Of a stretch of DNA of 20,000 nucleotides, positions 1 through 8,942 are shown piece after piece. A model generated the notes under the pieces. The model did no database searches and had not been told where the DNA came from. It saw only the letters and a program-made list of their open reading frames with translations. How positions within the stretch are numbered: position 1 is the first letter of the stretch; each line of letters starts with the position of its first letter. The position numbers were made by a program, and so were the translations under genes. The stretch is from an uncultured virus (IMG/VR IMGVR_UViG_3300006105_001031) (taxonomy: Duplodnaviria; Heunggongvirae; Uroviricota; Caudoviricetes), in IMG/VR virus record IMGVR_UViG_3300006105_001031, positions 54,242 through 74,241 of that record, one strand, 5' to 3'.

Positions 1-1
1 G

Positions 2-433
2 CGTATTCTTGATGTTCTAAACAAAGAAGAAATTGAATACGATAAAGCTGCAGTTGCTGAACTTGTAAGCCTGCACTTTCCTGACTTTCGTAAGATCATT
101 AACGAACTGCAGAAGTATTCGGCTACTGGTAAGATTGACACAGGTATTCTTTCCAACTTTAATACTGAGTCTTTCAAAACTATCGTTAGTTATTTGAAAG
201 AAAAGGACTTCAATAAGATGCGGCGCTGGGTTGCTCAGAACTCTGATCTGGACTTTGCTTCCTTGCTTCGTATGCTTTATGACACTTGTTCGGACTATCT
301 TGAAACTGATTCAGTAGCTAACTTCATTCTTGTTGCTGCTGACTATCAGTTCAAGCATGCCTTTGTTGCTAATCCTGAAATTAACACAGTCGCTTTTCTG
401 ACTGATGTTATGCTGCAGTGTTCGTTCAAATGA
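2..433 (+). CDS. gp44: Clamp loader large subunit (T4 gp44-like), C-terminal part; 5' end outside window
   Basis: Frame 2 is open from the window start: RILDVLNKEEIEYDKAAVAELVSLHFPDFRKIINELQKYSATGKIDTGIL...ADYQFKHAFVANPEIN. The FPDFR.IINELQ.YS motif is typical of gp44/RFC, and the gene sits directly upstream of gp62-regA. Confidence 0.93.
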   Translation, partial: RILDVLNKEEIEYDKAAVAELVSLHFPDFRKIINELQKYSATGKIDTGILSNFNTESFKTIVSYLKEKDFNKMRRWVAQNSDLDFASLLRMLYDTCSDYLETDSVANFILVAADYQFKHAFVANPEINTVAFLTDVMLQCSFK

Positions 434-819
434 GTAATCCTTTTGATTATGTGTTTGATATTTCTTCAGGTAAAAAGAATATCATAAAGAATAGTGAATC
501 TCCGGAACAAGCAGAAAAGGATTACAATCCATATATTGTAAATAAAGCATTATCGCACTATATTGATACAGTACATGATGCAAATGTCATGAATCTGTAT
601 CATAAACTCGATAATCGTCTCCAGTTTGACTATCTTATAAATAGTGTGAGAAGTCGGAAAAGAGCGAAAACCCAATGGTATAAGAAAGAAAAGGGTTTGA
701 GTAATTTAGATATTGTTATGCTTACTTACGGTTATACTAAACCGAAGGCTGAAGCTGCTCTATCTATTCTGACTGAACAGCAAATAGCACTATTGAAAGC
801 AAAACAAGAACAAAGGTGA
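430..819 (+). CDS. gp62: Clamp loader small subunit (T4 gp62-like)
   Basis: MSNPFDYV...YNPYIVNKALS...ANVMN...LQFDYLINSVR...YGYTKPKAEAALSILT is the gp62 pattern. ATG at 430 overlaps the gp44 TGA (ATGA), so it is preferred over the GTG at 418. Confidence 0.9.
   Translation: MSNPFDYVFDISSGKKNIIKNSESPEQAEKDYNPYIVNKALSHYIDTVHDANVMNLYHKLDNRLQFDYLINSVRSRKRAKTQWYKKEKGLSNLDIVMLTYGYTKPKAEAALSILTEQQIALLKAKQEQR
636..643 (+). promoter_or_regulatory. T4-type late promoter candidate (TATAAATA) inside gp62
   Basis: Exact match to the T4 gp55 late promoter consensus, positioned so that it could drive late expression of the downstream endolysin. Confidence 0.45.
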
Positions 820-823
820 CGAT

Positions 824-1219
824 ATGAGTGACATACTAGAAACAATGGTTGAAGTTACCCTGCAAAAACCAGACGATTTCTTAAAAGTCAAAGAGACTTT
901 AACAAGAATTGGTGTAGCTTCACGCAAAGAAAAGATACTCTATCAGTCTTGTCACATTTTGCACAAAAAAGGCAAATACTATATTGTGCACTTTAAGCAG
1001 ATGTTTGTTCTTGACGGAAAGCCCACTGACTTTTCGGAAGGCGATATTGCACGCAGAAATACAATCGCAAACCTACTGGCCGAATGGGGTCTTGTAGAGA
1101 TTGTAGACAAGACCATGACTGAGGAGCCAATTGCTCCTATGAGTCAGATCAAAATTGTATCATATAAAGAGAAAGGTGATTGGAAGTTAATTCCAAAGTA
1201 TTCGATCGGAAAGAAATAA
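824..1219 (+). CDS. regA: RegA translational repressor
   Basis: PDDFLKVKETLTRIGVAS...LYQSCHILHKKGKYYIVHFKQMFVLDG...RRNTIANLLAEWGL...W.LIPKYSIG is the canonical RegA sequence, in canonical synteny. Confidence 0.96.
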   Translation: MSDILETMVEVTLQKPDDFLKVKETLTRIGVASRKEKILYQSCHILHKKGKYYIVHFKQMFVLDGKPTDFSEGDIARRNTIANLLAEWGLVEIVDKTMTEEPIAPMSQIKIVSYKEKGDWKLIPKYSIGKK

Positions 1220-1399
1220 ATGGAACAATTAAAATGGGATGAACGCTTAGGCTACGTCCCAGTTCCTCGTGAACCCAAATGGGTTTGGGAGGTTTTTGGG
1301 GATGGTGATCTTAAGATTGAATTTATGAATAATGTTAGTCTCTACAAAAGGCTAATAACAAAACTAACTCTTAAAAGCAAATGGACTAAATTGAGATGA
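1220..1399 (+). CDS. Hypothetical protein, 59 aa (not in ORF track)
   Basis: The ATG immediately follows the regA TAA. It reads MEQLKWDERLGYVPVPREPKWVWEVFGDGDLKIEFMNNVSLYKRLITKLTLKSKWTKLR. Its TGA overlaps the endolysin ATG (ATGA), exactly filling the gap. Confidence 0.7.
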   Translation: MEQLKWDERLGYVPVPREPKWVWEVFGDGDLKIEFMNNVSLYKRLITKLTLKSKWTKLR

Positions 1400-2004
1400 T
1401 AACAGCACAACATCTAGAAGAAATCTATGAAGTAAAAAGCTCAGTATTTCCTTCTTATCTTGAGCCGTTAGAAAAGACATTTGCTGAATTCAACATCAAT
1501 ACCGTAAATCGTAAGGCTGGATTCCTCTCCCAAATTGGAGTCGAGTCCAGCCTTTTGACACGTGTTATAGAAAACTTAAACTACTCTGCTCCAGGCTTGA
1601 TAGCAACATTTCCTCATGTGTTTAACAAATACAATGCTGCTACATACGAGCACAAGCCAGAAAAGATAGCTAATTTGGCATATGCTAATAGATTAGGGAA
1701 TGGCGGAGAGCCAACAGGCGATGGATGGAAGTATAGAGGTATGGGTCTTATTCAGCTAACTGGAAAAGATTTACATTCTCTATTTGCAGCGTATATTAAA
1801 ATGCCTCTTGATAATGTTCAAGATTATCTACAAACAAAAGAAGGCGCTGCTCGTTCTGCTGGATGGTATTGGAACTATAGAGCAATAAATCAGTATGCTG
1901 ATGCTGATAATATTGAACAAATTACAGCACACGTTAATGCAGCAAAACTTGCTCTAGCGTCTAGAACGAAATATTACAACAAAGCTAAACTAGTTTTGGC
2001 TTGA
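1396..2004 (+). CDS. Glycoside hydrolase family 19 (chitinase-like) endolysin
   Basis: FLSQIGVES...ENLNYS, PEKIANLAYANRLGNG..GDGWKYRGMGLIQLTGK and SAGWYW motifs, typical of phage GH19 lysins. Confidence 0.88.
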   Translation: MITAQHLEEIYEVKSSVFPSYLEPLEKTFAEFNINTVNRKAGFLSQIGVESSLLTRVIENLNYSAPGLIATFPHVFNKYNAATYEHKPEKIANLAYANRLGNGGEPTGDGWKYRGMGLIQLTGKDLHSLFAAYIKMPLDNVQDYLQTKEGAARSAGWYWNYRAINQYADADNIEQITAHVNAAKLALASRTKYYNKAKLVLA

Positions 2005-2029
2005 CTTCACCTGAAAAATTAGGTATACT
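2001..2029 (+). promoter_or_regulatory. Sigma70-type early/middle promoter for gp43
   Basis: TTGACT (2001-2006), 17 nt, TATACT (2024-2029). The SD AAGGAG at 2041-2046 precedes the ATG at 2053. Confidence 0.75.
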
Positions 2030-2052
2030 TGTAAGAACTGAAGGAGTTCTGA

Positions 2053-4551
2053 ATGCGATTTTACACGTCCGCTATACAGCGCGGAAATTACATCTTTGTT
2101 AGAGGTTGGAATGGTGCAAAGCGCGAACACCATAAGGTACAGTATAAGCCATATTTGTTTGTTCCATGCAAAGAAGAGTCGGAGTATCATACTCTAGATG
2201 GAAATCCTGTAGCCAAATATGATTTCGAAAACCTTCAGGAAGGCAAAGAGTTTCTAAAGAAGTATGACGACTTGTCGAACTTTCCCATTTATGGTATTGA
2301 TAAGTTTGTCTATGCGTTCATTAATGATGAATATCCTGGTGAAGTTCGATACGACAAAGAGCGTATGAACGTTGCAACTGTTGACATCGAAGTTAATTCC
2401 GATGGTGGGTTCCCTGATATTCGTGCAGCTGACCGAGAAGTTACAGCTATTACCTTGAAGAAGGGTAACAAAATCCGTGTCTTTGGATGCGGAGAATTTG
2501 ATGTAAAGGATACAGGCGCAGTTTATTATAACTGTCGTGATGAAGAAGAGCTGCTTCTCAAATTCCTTGATTGTTGGGAAGAATTTGACATCGATGTCAT
2601 TACTGGATGGAACATTGAGTTTTTCGATATTCCATATCTGGTAAACCGTATCACGAATGTTCTTGGTCACGACTTCGCTAAACGTCTTTCGCCTTGGAAG
2701 ATTCTTTTGGAATCTAAGGTTGAAATCTTTGGTAAGGAGCAGCAAACCTATAATCCTATGGGTATTGTTATCATGGATTATCAGCAGCTGTATAAGAAAT
2801 TTACCTATACGCAGCAGGAATCGTATCGGCTGGATCACATCGCCTACGTTGAGATTGGTGAGAATAAGCTAGACTATTCTGAATATGATAACATGCATGA
2901 CTTCTTCTTGAATGACTATCAGAAGTTTATTGAATATAACATTCATGACGTTATTCTTGTTGATAAGTTGGATGAGCGTTTGAATCTTATGGATCAAGCG
3001 TTTACTATTGCTTATGACGCTAAGATCAACCTTGAAGACGTATTCACTTCTGTGCGTCTTTGGGACGTTATTATTCATAACTACATGATGGACAAAAAGC
3101 TGGTCATTCCTCAGAATAAGATTACCAGCAAAGGTGATCAATATGCTGGCGCTTTCGTTAAAGATCCGCAGGTAGGTATGCATGAATGGGTTGTGTCGTT
3201 TGACGTTACCTCGCTGTACCCTTCTCTGATTGTTCAGTATAATCTATCGCCGGAAACCTATGTTGGAAAAATTGATGGGTTTTGGAGTGTTGATGACCAA
3301 CTTTATAACAATGCTTTGGCTAAATATGATAAGGAACTGACTGAGAAAAACTATACTCTTGCAGCCAACGGTTCTTTCTGGGACAAATCTAAAAAGGGAA
3401 TTTTCCCTGAGATTGTCGAAAAGATGATGAAAGACCGTAAGGCATATAAGAATAAGATGTTTGAGGCTGAAAGAGAATACCAAAAGAATCCCACAAAGGA
3501 ACTCAAGAATGCTATCGCTAGATACAACAACATGCAGATGGCTCGTAAAATTCAGCTCAACTCTCTTTATGGCGCTATTGGAAATGCTTATTGTCGGTGG
3601 TATAGTTTGGCTTTTGCTGAAGCAATTACCCTATCTGGCCAGCTTGCCATTAGATATGTAGAAACAAATATGAACCTGTATCTGAATAAGATACTTGGCA
3701 CTAAAGATGAAGATTATGTTATTGCTGTAGATACCGATTCCAACTACGTTAAACTGGGGAAACTTGTCGATAAAATTGCTGATGGCAAAACTCTTGAGCA
3801 AAAGATCAACATTGTTGATAAAATTTGTAAGGAAAAGCTAGAGCCTTATATCGCAAAAACTCTTGATGCTTTTGCTGTGTATACTAAAGCATATAACTCG
3901 TTTCTTTCTATGAAGCGTGAAGCTATTGCAGACAAGGGCATCTGGACTGCCAAGAAGCGGTATATTCTTAACGTGTGGGATAGTGAAGGAATCCGGTATC
4001 CTGCACCTAAGCTAAAGATGATGGGTATTGAAGCTGTTAAATCATCAACTCCTTCTTCTTGCAGAGAAAAGATTAAGCAAGCTCTGAGGATTATGATGGA
4101 AGGAACAGAGGATCAGCTGGTCGAATTTATTGAACAATTCAAAGATGAGTTTGAAACTTTGCCCTTTGAAGAAATTGCCTTTCCTCGGGGCTGCAATAAT
4201 CTTGCTAAGTTTTCCAGTCCATCCACCATCTATAGACTATCGACTCCGATTCATGTCAGAGGCGCTCTAGTTTATAATCATTTCCTTAAAGAAAAGGGAT
4301 TGGATAGTAAATTTCCAGGCGTTCAGGAAGGTGAAAAGATTAAGTTCTGTTACATGACTACGCCCAATACTCTAAAAGAAAACGTAATATCTGTGGTTAA
4401 TAATTTGCCAAAGTCATTGGACTTGGACAAATACATCGACTACGAAACTCAATTTAACAAAGCCTTTCTCGACCCGTTGCGAATAATTAGCAATGCAATT
4501 GGGTGGAAAACTGAATACGTTAACACTCTAGAAGATTTTTTCAATGATTAA
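2053..4551 (+). CDS. gp43: Family B DNA polymerase (T4 gp43-like)
   Basis: Exonuclease motifs DIEV, GWNIEFFDIPY and YNIHDV. Polymerase motifs SFDVTSLYPS, KIQLNSLYGAIG, DTDS and KKRY. 832 aa, uninterrupted. Confidence 0.98.
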   Translation: MRFYTSAIQRGNYIFVRGWNGAKREHHKVQYKPYLFVPCKEESEYHTLDGNPVAKYDFENLQEGKEFLKKYDDLSNFPIYGIDKFVYAFINDEYPGEVRYDKERMNVATVDIEVNSDGGFPDIRAADREVTAITLKKGNKIRVFGCGEFDVKDTGAVYYNCRDEEELLLKFLDCWEEFDIDVITGWNIEFFDIPYLVNRITNVLGHDFAKRLSPWKILLESKVEIFGKEQQTYNPMGIVIMDYQQLYKKFTYTQQESYRLDHIAYVEIGENKLDYSEYDNMHDFFLNDYQKFIEYNIHDVILVDKLDERLNLMDQAFTIAYDAKINLEDVFTSVRLWDVIIHNYMMDKKLVIPQNKITSKGDQYAGAFVKDPQVGMHEWVVSFDVTSLYPSLIVQYNLSPETYVGKIDGFWSVDDQLYNNALAKYDKELTEKNYTLAANGSFWDKSKKGIFPEIVEKMMKDRKAYKNKMFEAEREYQKNPTKELKNAIARYNNMQMARKIQLNSLYGAIGNAYCRWYSLAFAEAITLSGQLAIRYVETNMNLYLNKILGTKDEDYVIAVDTDSNYVKLGKLVDKIADGKTLEQKINIVDKICKEKLEPYIAKTLDAFAVYTKAYNSFLSMKREAIADKGIWTAKKRYILNVWDSEGIRYPAPKLKMMGIEAVKSSTPSSCREKIKQALRIMMEGTEDQLVEFIEQFKDEFETLPFEEIAFPRGCNNLAKFSSPSTIYRLSTPIHVRGALVYNHFLKEKGLDSKFPGVQEGEKIKFCYMTTPNTLKENVISVVNNLPKSLDLDKYIDYETQFNKAFLDPLRIISNAIGWKTEYVNTLEDFFND

Positions 4552-4563
4552 TACGGAGGTTTT

Positions 4564-5625
4564 ATGAGCATTCTAGATAGACTAAAGAAAAACACTACAA
4601 TTAAAGAAGCTGACATTCTTTCTGAATCGAAATTCTTTAATAAGAAAGATATGGTACAAACCACTGTTCCTATGATTAATGTCGCTTTGTCTGGCAGTCT
4701 TGATGGTGGCATCACTCCTGGACTTACTCTTTGGTGCGGCCCTTCGAAGCACTTCAAATCGTTCTTTTGCTTGCTTGAAGTTAAGGCATACTTAGACAAG
4801 TATCCTGAAGCAATCTGTCTGTTTTATGACTCGGAATTTGGTGCTGGTAAGAAATATTTTGAATCGATGGGTATTGATATGACTCGAGTTATTCATAGTC
4901 CCATTACTGATATTGAACAGCTAAAGTTTGATGCTACGTCTCAGATGAAGGAAATTCAGCGTGGCGACAAGGTCATTATCTTTGTTGACTCGGTAGGCAA
5001 CCTTGCTTCTAAGAAAGAAGTTGAAGACGCTCTTGAAGGTAAGTCTGTTGCAGATATGACTCGTGCTAAGCAGCTCAAGTCTCTGTTCCGTATCATTACA
5101 CCGCATCTGACTATCAAGGATATTCCGATGGTTGTGGTTAATCATACCTACCAGACTCAGGAAATGTATTCCAAGGCTGTTGTTTCTGGTGGTACTGGCA
5201 TCTACTATTCGGCTGACAATATCTTCATTATTGGTCGTCAGCAGGAAAAGGATGGAACTGACATTACTGGCTACAACTTTATCATTAATGTAGAAAAGTC
5301 GCGTTACGTTCGTGAGAAGTCAAAGATTCCTATCGAAGTTCGGTTTGAAGGTGGAATTAGCACTTGGTCTGGTCTGCTTGATGTTGCTCTAGAATCCGGT
5401 CATGTGGTTAAGCCAAAGAACGGTTGGTATCAGCGAGTTGATCTAGAAACTGGGGAAGTTTCTGAAAAGAATTATCGTCGCGCAGAGACAGATAACAAGG
5501 ATTTCTGGCTTCCTGTTCTTAGATCAAAGTCGTTCCGTAAGTATATTGAAGATAACTATATGCTTTCTCATGATGATATGATTTCTAATGAAGATATGAA
5601 AGACGTTTACGGAGAAGTTGAATGA
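4564..5625 (+). CDS. uvsX: UvsX RecA-like recombinase
   Basis: INVALSG, UvsX-type Walker A GPSKHFKS, FYDSEFG, DSVGNLASKKE, DMTRAK and SGGTGIYYSAD. SD GGAGG upstream. Confidence 0.96.
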   Translation: MSILDRLKKNTTIKEADILSESKFFNKKDMVQTTVPMINVALSGSLDGGITPGLTLWCGPSKHFKSFFCLLEVKAYLDKYPEAICLFYDSEFGAGKKYFESMGIDMTRVIHSPITDIEQLKFDATSQMKEIQRGDKVIIFVDSVGNLASKKEVEDALEGKSVADMTRAKQLKSLFRIITPHLTIKDIPMVVVNHTYQTQEMYSKAVVSGGTGIYYSADNIFIIGRQQEKDGTDITGYNFIINVEKSRYVREKSKIPIEVRFEGGISTWSGLLDVALESGHVVKPKNGWYQRVDLETGEVSEKNYRRAETDNKDFWLPVLRSKSFRKYIEDNYMLSHDDMISNEDMKDVYGEVE

Positions 5626-7049
5626 TTGAAGAAACAATTCTTAACCATATTGTTACTAATGATGAATTTTGCCGTAAGGTTTTGCCTTTCTTGAAAGAGG
5701 AGTATTTTGTTACACCTTCGAATAAGATTCTATTCAATGTGGTCAAGAATTTTATTGATGCTTACAACAGTGTGCCCAACAAGGTCACACTTATGCTTGA
5801 GGTCGATAAGCTCAGTGTAAATGAAGATCAATATAAAGAAGTAATTGAAACTATTGATAAAATACAAGATGATCCGAAGGTTGACCAGCAGTGGTTGGTT
5901 GATCAGACTGAGAAGTATTGTCAAGATCGCGCCATTTTCAATGCGATCCGTGAATCAATTACTATTATTGATGGTGGCAACAAAGACAAGAAAGACAAGG
6001 GTGCTATCCCACAAATCCTGACCGATGCATTGAGTGTGTCATTTGATACTAGCATCGGTCACGATTTTCTTGAGAATGCTGAAGATCGTTATGAGTTCTA
6101 TCATAAGGCAGAATCTAAGCTAGAATTTGACCTTGAGATGTTCAATAAGATTACTCGCGGAGGTATTCCCAAGAAGTCTTTGAATGTTATTCTGGCTGGT
6201 ACTGGCGTTGGTAAAACTTTGTTCATGACTCATTGCGCGGCTGGCCATCTTTCGTTGGGTAAGAATGTTCTGTATATTACCATGGAAATGGCTGAAGAAC
6301 GTATCGCCGAACGTATTGACGCTAATCGCCTTAACTTGACTATGGATGAACTTCATGAGCTTCCTAAAGAATCTTATCTGAAGAAGATAGAAAATCTAAA
6401 GAAAAAGACTAATGGTCGTCTTATTGTTAAGGAGTATCCAACTTCAGCTGCAGGTGCTGGGCATTTCCGCCACCTTATCAATGAGCTGAAGATCAAGAAG
6501 AACTTTCTTCCTGATGTCATTTACATCGACTATATCAATATCTGTATGTCGATGCGTTTGAAGTTGGGGTCTAGTATCAACACGTATTCTTACATTAAAG
6601 CCATCGCTGAAGAAATTCGTGGACTCGCTGTAGAATATAATGTTCCTATCTTCACAGCAACACAAACCAATCGTGATGGTTACTCTAATAGTGATCCTGG
6701 TCTTGAGAACACAAGTGAATCTTTCGGACTTCCTGCGACTGCAGATATGATGTTTGCCCTGGTTTCTAATGAAGACATGGAAGCTATTGGTCAGATGATG
6801 GTTATCCAGCTTAAGAATCGATATAATGACGTTAATAAAGATAAGCGGTTTGTTATTGGGATTGAACGAGCAAAGATGAAACTTTATGATGTTGAGTCTC
6901 ATGCACAAGATCAAGTTATGTCAGAACCTAAATACAAGGGTAAGAAGAATGACACTCCAGTAATGGACAACAGCTCATTCGGAACTGAAGATAAATTCAT
7001 GAGCCGAGGTGTTGCTAAGAGGGATTTTGCTGGGTTAAAACTTAAATGA
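5622..7049 (+). CDS. gp41: Replicative DnaB-like helicase (T4 gp41-like)
   Basis: Walker A AGTGVGKT, YITMEMAEERIAERIDAN, KEYPT, Walker B IYIDY, IAEEIRGLAVE, TATQTNR, SESFGLPATAD and QLKNRY. Confidence 0.97.
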   Translation: MIEETILNHIVTNDEFCRKVLPFLKEEYFVTPSNKILFNVVKNFIDAYNSVPNKVTLMLEVDKLSVNEDQYKEVIETIDKIQDDPKVDQQWLVDQTEKYCQDRAIFNAIRESITIIDGGNKDKKDKGAIPQILTDALSVSFDTSIGHDFLENAEDRYEFYHKAESKLEFDLEMFNKITRGGIPKKSLNVILAGTGVGKTLFMTHCAAGHLSLGKNVLYITMEMAEERIAERIDANRLNLTMDELHELPKESYLKKIENLKKKTNGRLIVKEYPTSAAGAGHFRHLINELKIKKNFLPDVIYIDYINICMSMRLKLGSSINTYSYIKAIAEEIRGLAVEYNVPIFTATQTNRDGYSNSDPGLENTSESFGLPATADMMFALVSNEDMEAIGQMMVIQLKNRYNDVNKDKRFVIGIERAKMKLYDVESHAQDQVMSEPKYKGKKNDTPVMDNSSFGTEDKFMSRGVAKRDFAGLKLK

Positions 7050-7240
7050 ATTACACACTAAATACGAATAAAGGTAAAACTACAGTTGTAGAAACAAAAA
7101 CTGATCGTGTTATTTTCTCTTCTGATAGTAGAAAAGAAGCAATATCAGTAATAGCAAAACTGCACAAAAATTGCGGATTTGCTGGATACACTCCAAATTT
7201 CTTTTTAGACTTATCATATAAAAAATTGTTTGAGCAATGA
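7046..7240 (+). CDS. Hypothetical protein, 64 aa
   Basis: ATGA overlaps at both ends (with gp41 and the next gene). C-terminal GFAGYTPNFF motif. Confidence 0.7.
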   Translation: MNYTLNTNKGKTTVVETKTDRVIFSSDSRKEAISVIAKLHKNCGFAGYTPNFFLDLSYKKLFEQ

Positions 7241-7707
7241 ACATTTCAGTTACTGGAACAAGAAACTACGAACTCCGTAAAGTATTAAAGGCGGCGGCTG
7301 AGTTTTATGTTCGTCAGTATATCTCAGAAAGACTTTCGAAGAATATTAAATTAGACATTCGTATAAAGTCTGGGCTTGACGCTTTAGGTTATTGCACGTA
7401 TCTAGATGACTATAACTATAAGCCAAGAGTATTTGAGATAGAATTGTTGAAAGATGGAAATGTTGCTTCTGCCTTGGTTACTTTGGCTCATGAAATCATA
7501 CACCTTAAACAGTATGCTCTTTCTGAACTAAAGGATGGTAAAGGTCTTTCTTACAAATGGAAAAAGAAAACGTATATTGCTGATGATAAAAACCACAATG
7601 AATATCTAAACATGCCTTGGGAAATTGAGGCATTTTCTAATGAAAAGAAATTGTTCACTTTGTTCAAAAAACAATATACAGAGTACAAAAACTTTAAAAT
7701 AGAATGA
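7237..7707 (+). CDS. Putative zinc metallopeptidase (HExxH, zincin-like)
   Basis: TLAHEIIHLKQY followed by PWEIEA, a candidate third-ligand Glu. Confidence 0.7.
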   Translation: MNISVTGTRNYELRKVLKAAAEFYVRQYISERLSKNIKLDIRIKSGLDALGYCTYLDDYNYKPRVFEIELLKDGNVASALVTLAHEIIHLKQYALSELKDGKGLSYKWKKKTYIADDKNHNEYLNMPWEIEAFSNEKKLFTLFKKQYTEYKNFKIE

Positions 7708-7719
7708 AAGCTATATATT

Positions 7720-8172
7720 ATGATCGAAGAAGCCAAAATTGCAATATTAAATTCTTCTAAAGAATCATCAGTCTATATTGGTTGTGATTCTATTAGGTTC
7801 AAAAAGAAAGACGTCTGGTACGCCAGATATTGCACTGTTATCGTTCTTCATGTGGACAGTAAACATGGATGTAAATTATTTCATGATGTTAGAACAATTC
7901 CAGATTATGGAAATCTAAAAATGAGGTTAATGACTGAAGTCAGTTATGTAACCGAACTTGCCTCAGAACTAATTGAGGTTATGGGTGACCGCCCGCTTTC
8001 TATACATTTAGATATTAATCCAAATCCAAAACACAAATCTTCAATTGCTGTAAAAGAAGCATTGGGGTACGTTAGAGGAATGTTCGGGTTTGATCCCGTG
8101 CTAAAGCCTGACGCATGGTGCGCAAGTAAAGCTGCAGATCATGCCGTTAGAAATGTTGAAACCATCCAATAA
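7720..8172 (+). CDS. RNase H-fold protein, YkuK/DUF458-like
   Basis: VYIGCDS, RLMTEV, IHLDIN and ASKAADH give the acidic-residue pattern characteristic of the YkuK family. Confidence 0.75.
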   Translation: MIEEAKIAILNSSKESSVYIGCDSIRFKKKDVWYARYCTVIVLHVDSKHGCKLFHDVRTIPDYGNLKMRLMTEVSYVTELASELIEVMGDRPLSIHLDINPNPKHKSSIAVKEALGYVRGMFGFDPVLKPDAWCASKAADHAVRNVETIQ

Positions 8173-8183
8173 AGGAAAGTATT

Positions 8184-8345
8184 ATGGTATATCCCGAAAA
8201 CGCTGCTCGTGAAGTTTATTGCTTTAAAAATAAAGAAGATATGTTTGTGGCAATTGATCAAAATAATCTACAACATTGTAACACATACTTCGATCCGCAG
8301 CGCGGCTGGGTCGTTGAAAAATTGATTGAGAAAGAGAATCCATGA
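8184..8345 (+). CDS. Hypothetical protein, 53 aa (not in ORF track)
   Basis: SD-like AAGGA upstream. It reads MVYPENAAREVYCFKNKEDMFVAIDQNNLQHCNTYFDPQRGWVVEKLIEKENP, and its TGA overlaps the clpP ATG (ATGA). Confidence 0.65.
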   Translation: MVYPENAAREVYCFKNKEDMFVAIDQNNLQHCNTYFDPQRGWVVEKLIEKENP

Positions 8346-8899
8346 ATATAGAAACCAAGAACAACGAAATTCCATCATTAGAACGGCATAATTATTATTT
8401 GTTCAATAGCGACTTTACCTCGTCTTCTACTGGAGAACTAATTAAGTTTATTCTTGAGCGCAATCTAGCTCCAAAAAGACCAAAGGAAATTAAGCTACTA
8501 ATTAATTCTCCAGGCGGTGAGGTTCCTAGTGCATTTGCTTTGATTGATACTATCAAAGGTTCTAGGGTTCCTATTCATACATATGGTCTTGGGCTAATTG
8601 CTAGTTGTGGTTTGCTTACGTTTATGGCTGGTGCCAAGGGTAAAAGATTTATTACAAGAAACACATCAATTCTTAGCCACCAGTATACAGGATTTGCTTG
8701 GGATAAAGAGCATGAGCTGTTTGCTAAGATGAAAGAATTTAATTTGGTCAGTGTTAGAATTCTTGAACATTATAAAAAGTGTACAGGACTGACAGAAAAA
8801 GAAGTTCGTGAATATCTTCTTCCTCCTGAAGATCGTTGGTTGTCAGCTAAAGAAGCTGTCAAATACGGTATAGCTGACGAGATAGTTGACTTTTATTGA
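8342..8899 (+). CDS. clpP: ClpP-family serine protease subunit
   Basis: LLINSPGGEV, GLIASCG (catalytic Ser), ILSHQ (His) and EDRWLSAKEAVKYGIADEI (Asp). The triad appears intact. Confidence 0.9.
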   Translation: MNIETKNNEIPSLERHNYYLFNSDFTSSSTGELIKFILERNLAPKRPKEIKLLINSPGGEVPSAFALIDTIKGSRVPIHTYGLGLIASCGLLTFMAGAKGKRFITRNTSILSHQYTGFAWDKEHELFAKMKEFNLVSVRILEHYKKCTGLTEKEVREYLLPPEDRWLSAKEAVKYGIADEIVDFY

Positions 8900-8914
8900 C
8901 AGTTAGTTTATAAT
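8886..8914 (+). promoter_or_regulatory. Sigma70-type promoter for the 8943 gene
   Basis: TTGACT (8886-8891), 17 nt, TATAAT (8909-8914). SD AGGAG at 8932-8936. Confidence 0.8.
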
Positions 8915-8942
8915 GGGCTTCTAATTATGTTAGGAGTATCCT

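Noticed and set aside
2254..2838. 194-aa minus-strand ORF and the other antisense ORFs (e.g. 2869-3183, 6444-6914, 10171-10518, 13668-14009)
   Set aside because: They lie opposite well-supported + strand genes, lack recognisable motifs and are best explained as codon-bias shadows.
2053..7049. Inteins, introns or homing endonucleases in gp43/uvsX/gp41
   Set aside because: Lengths and motif spacing are normal. No LAGLIDADG, HNH, GIY-YIG or splice-junction signatures were seen.
7057..7064. ACTAAATA as a late promoter (also GATAAATA at 18070)
   Set aside because: Imperfect, intragenic matches in AT-rich DNA. Possible, but not supportable on their own.
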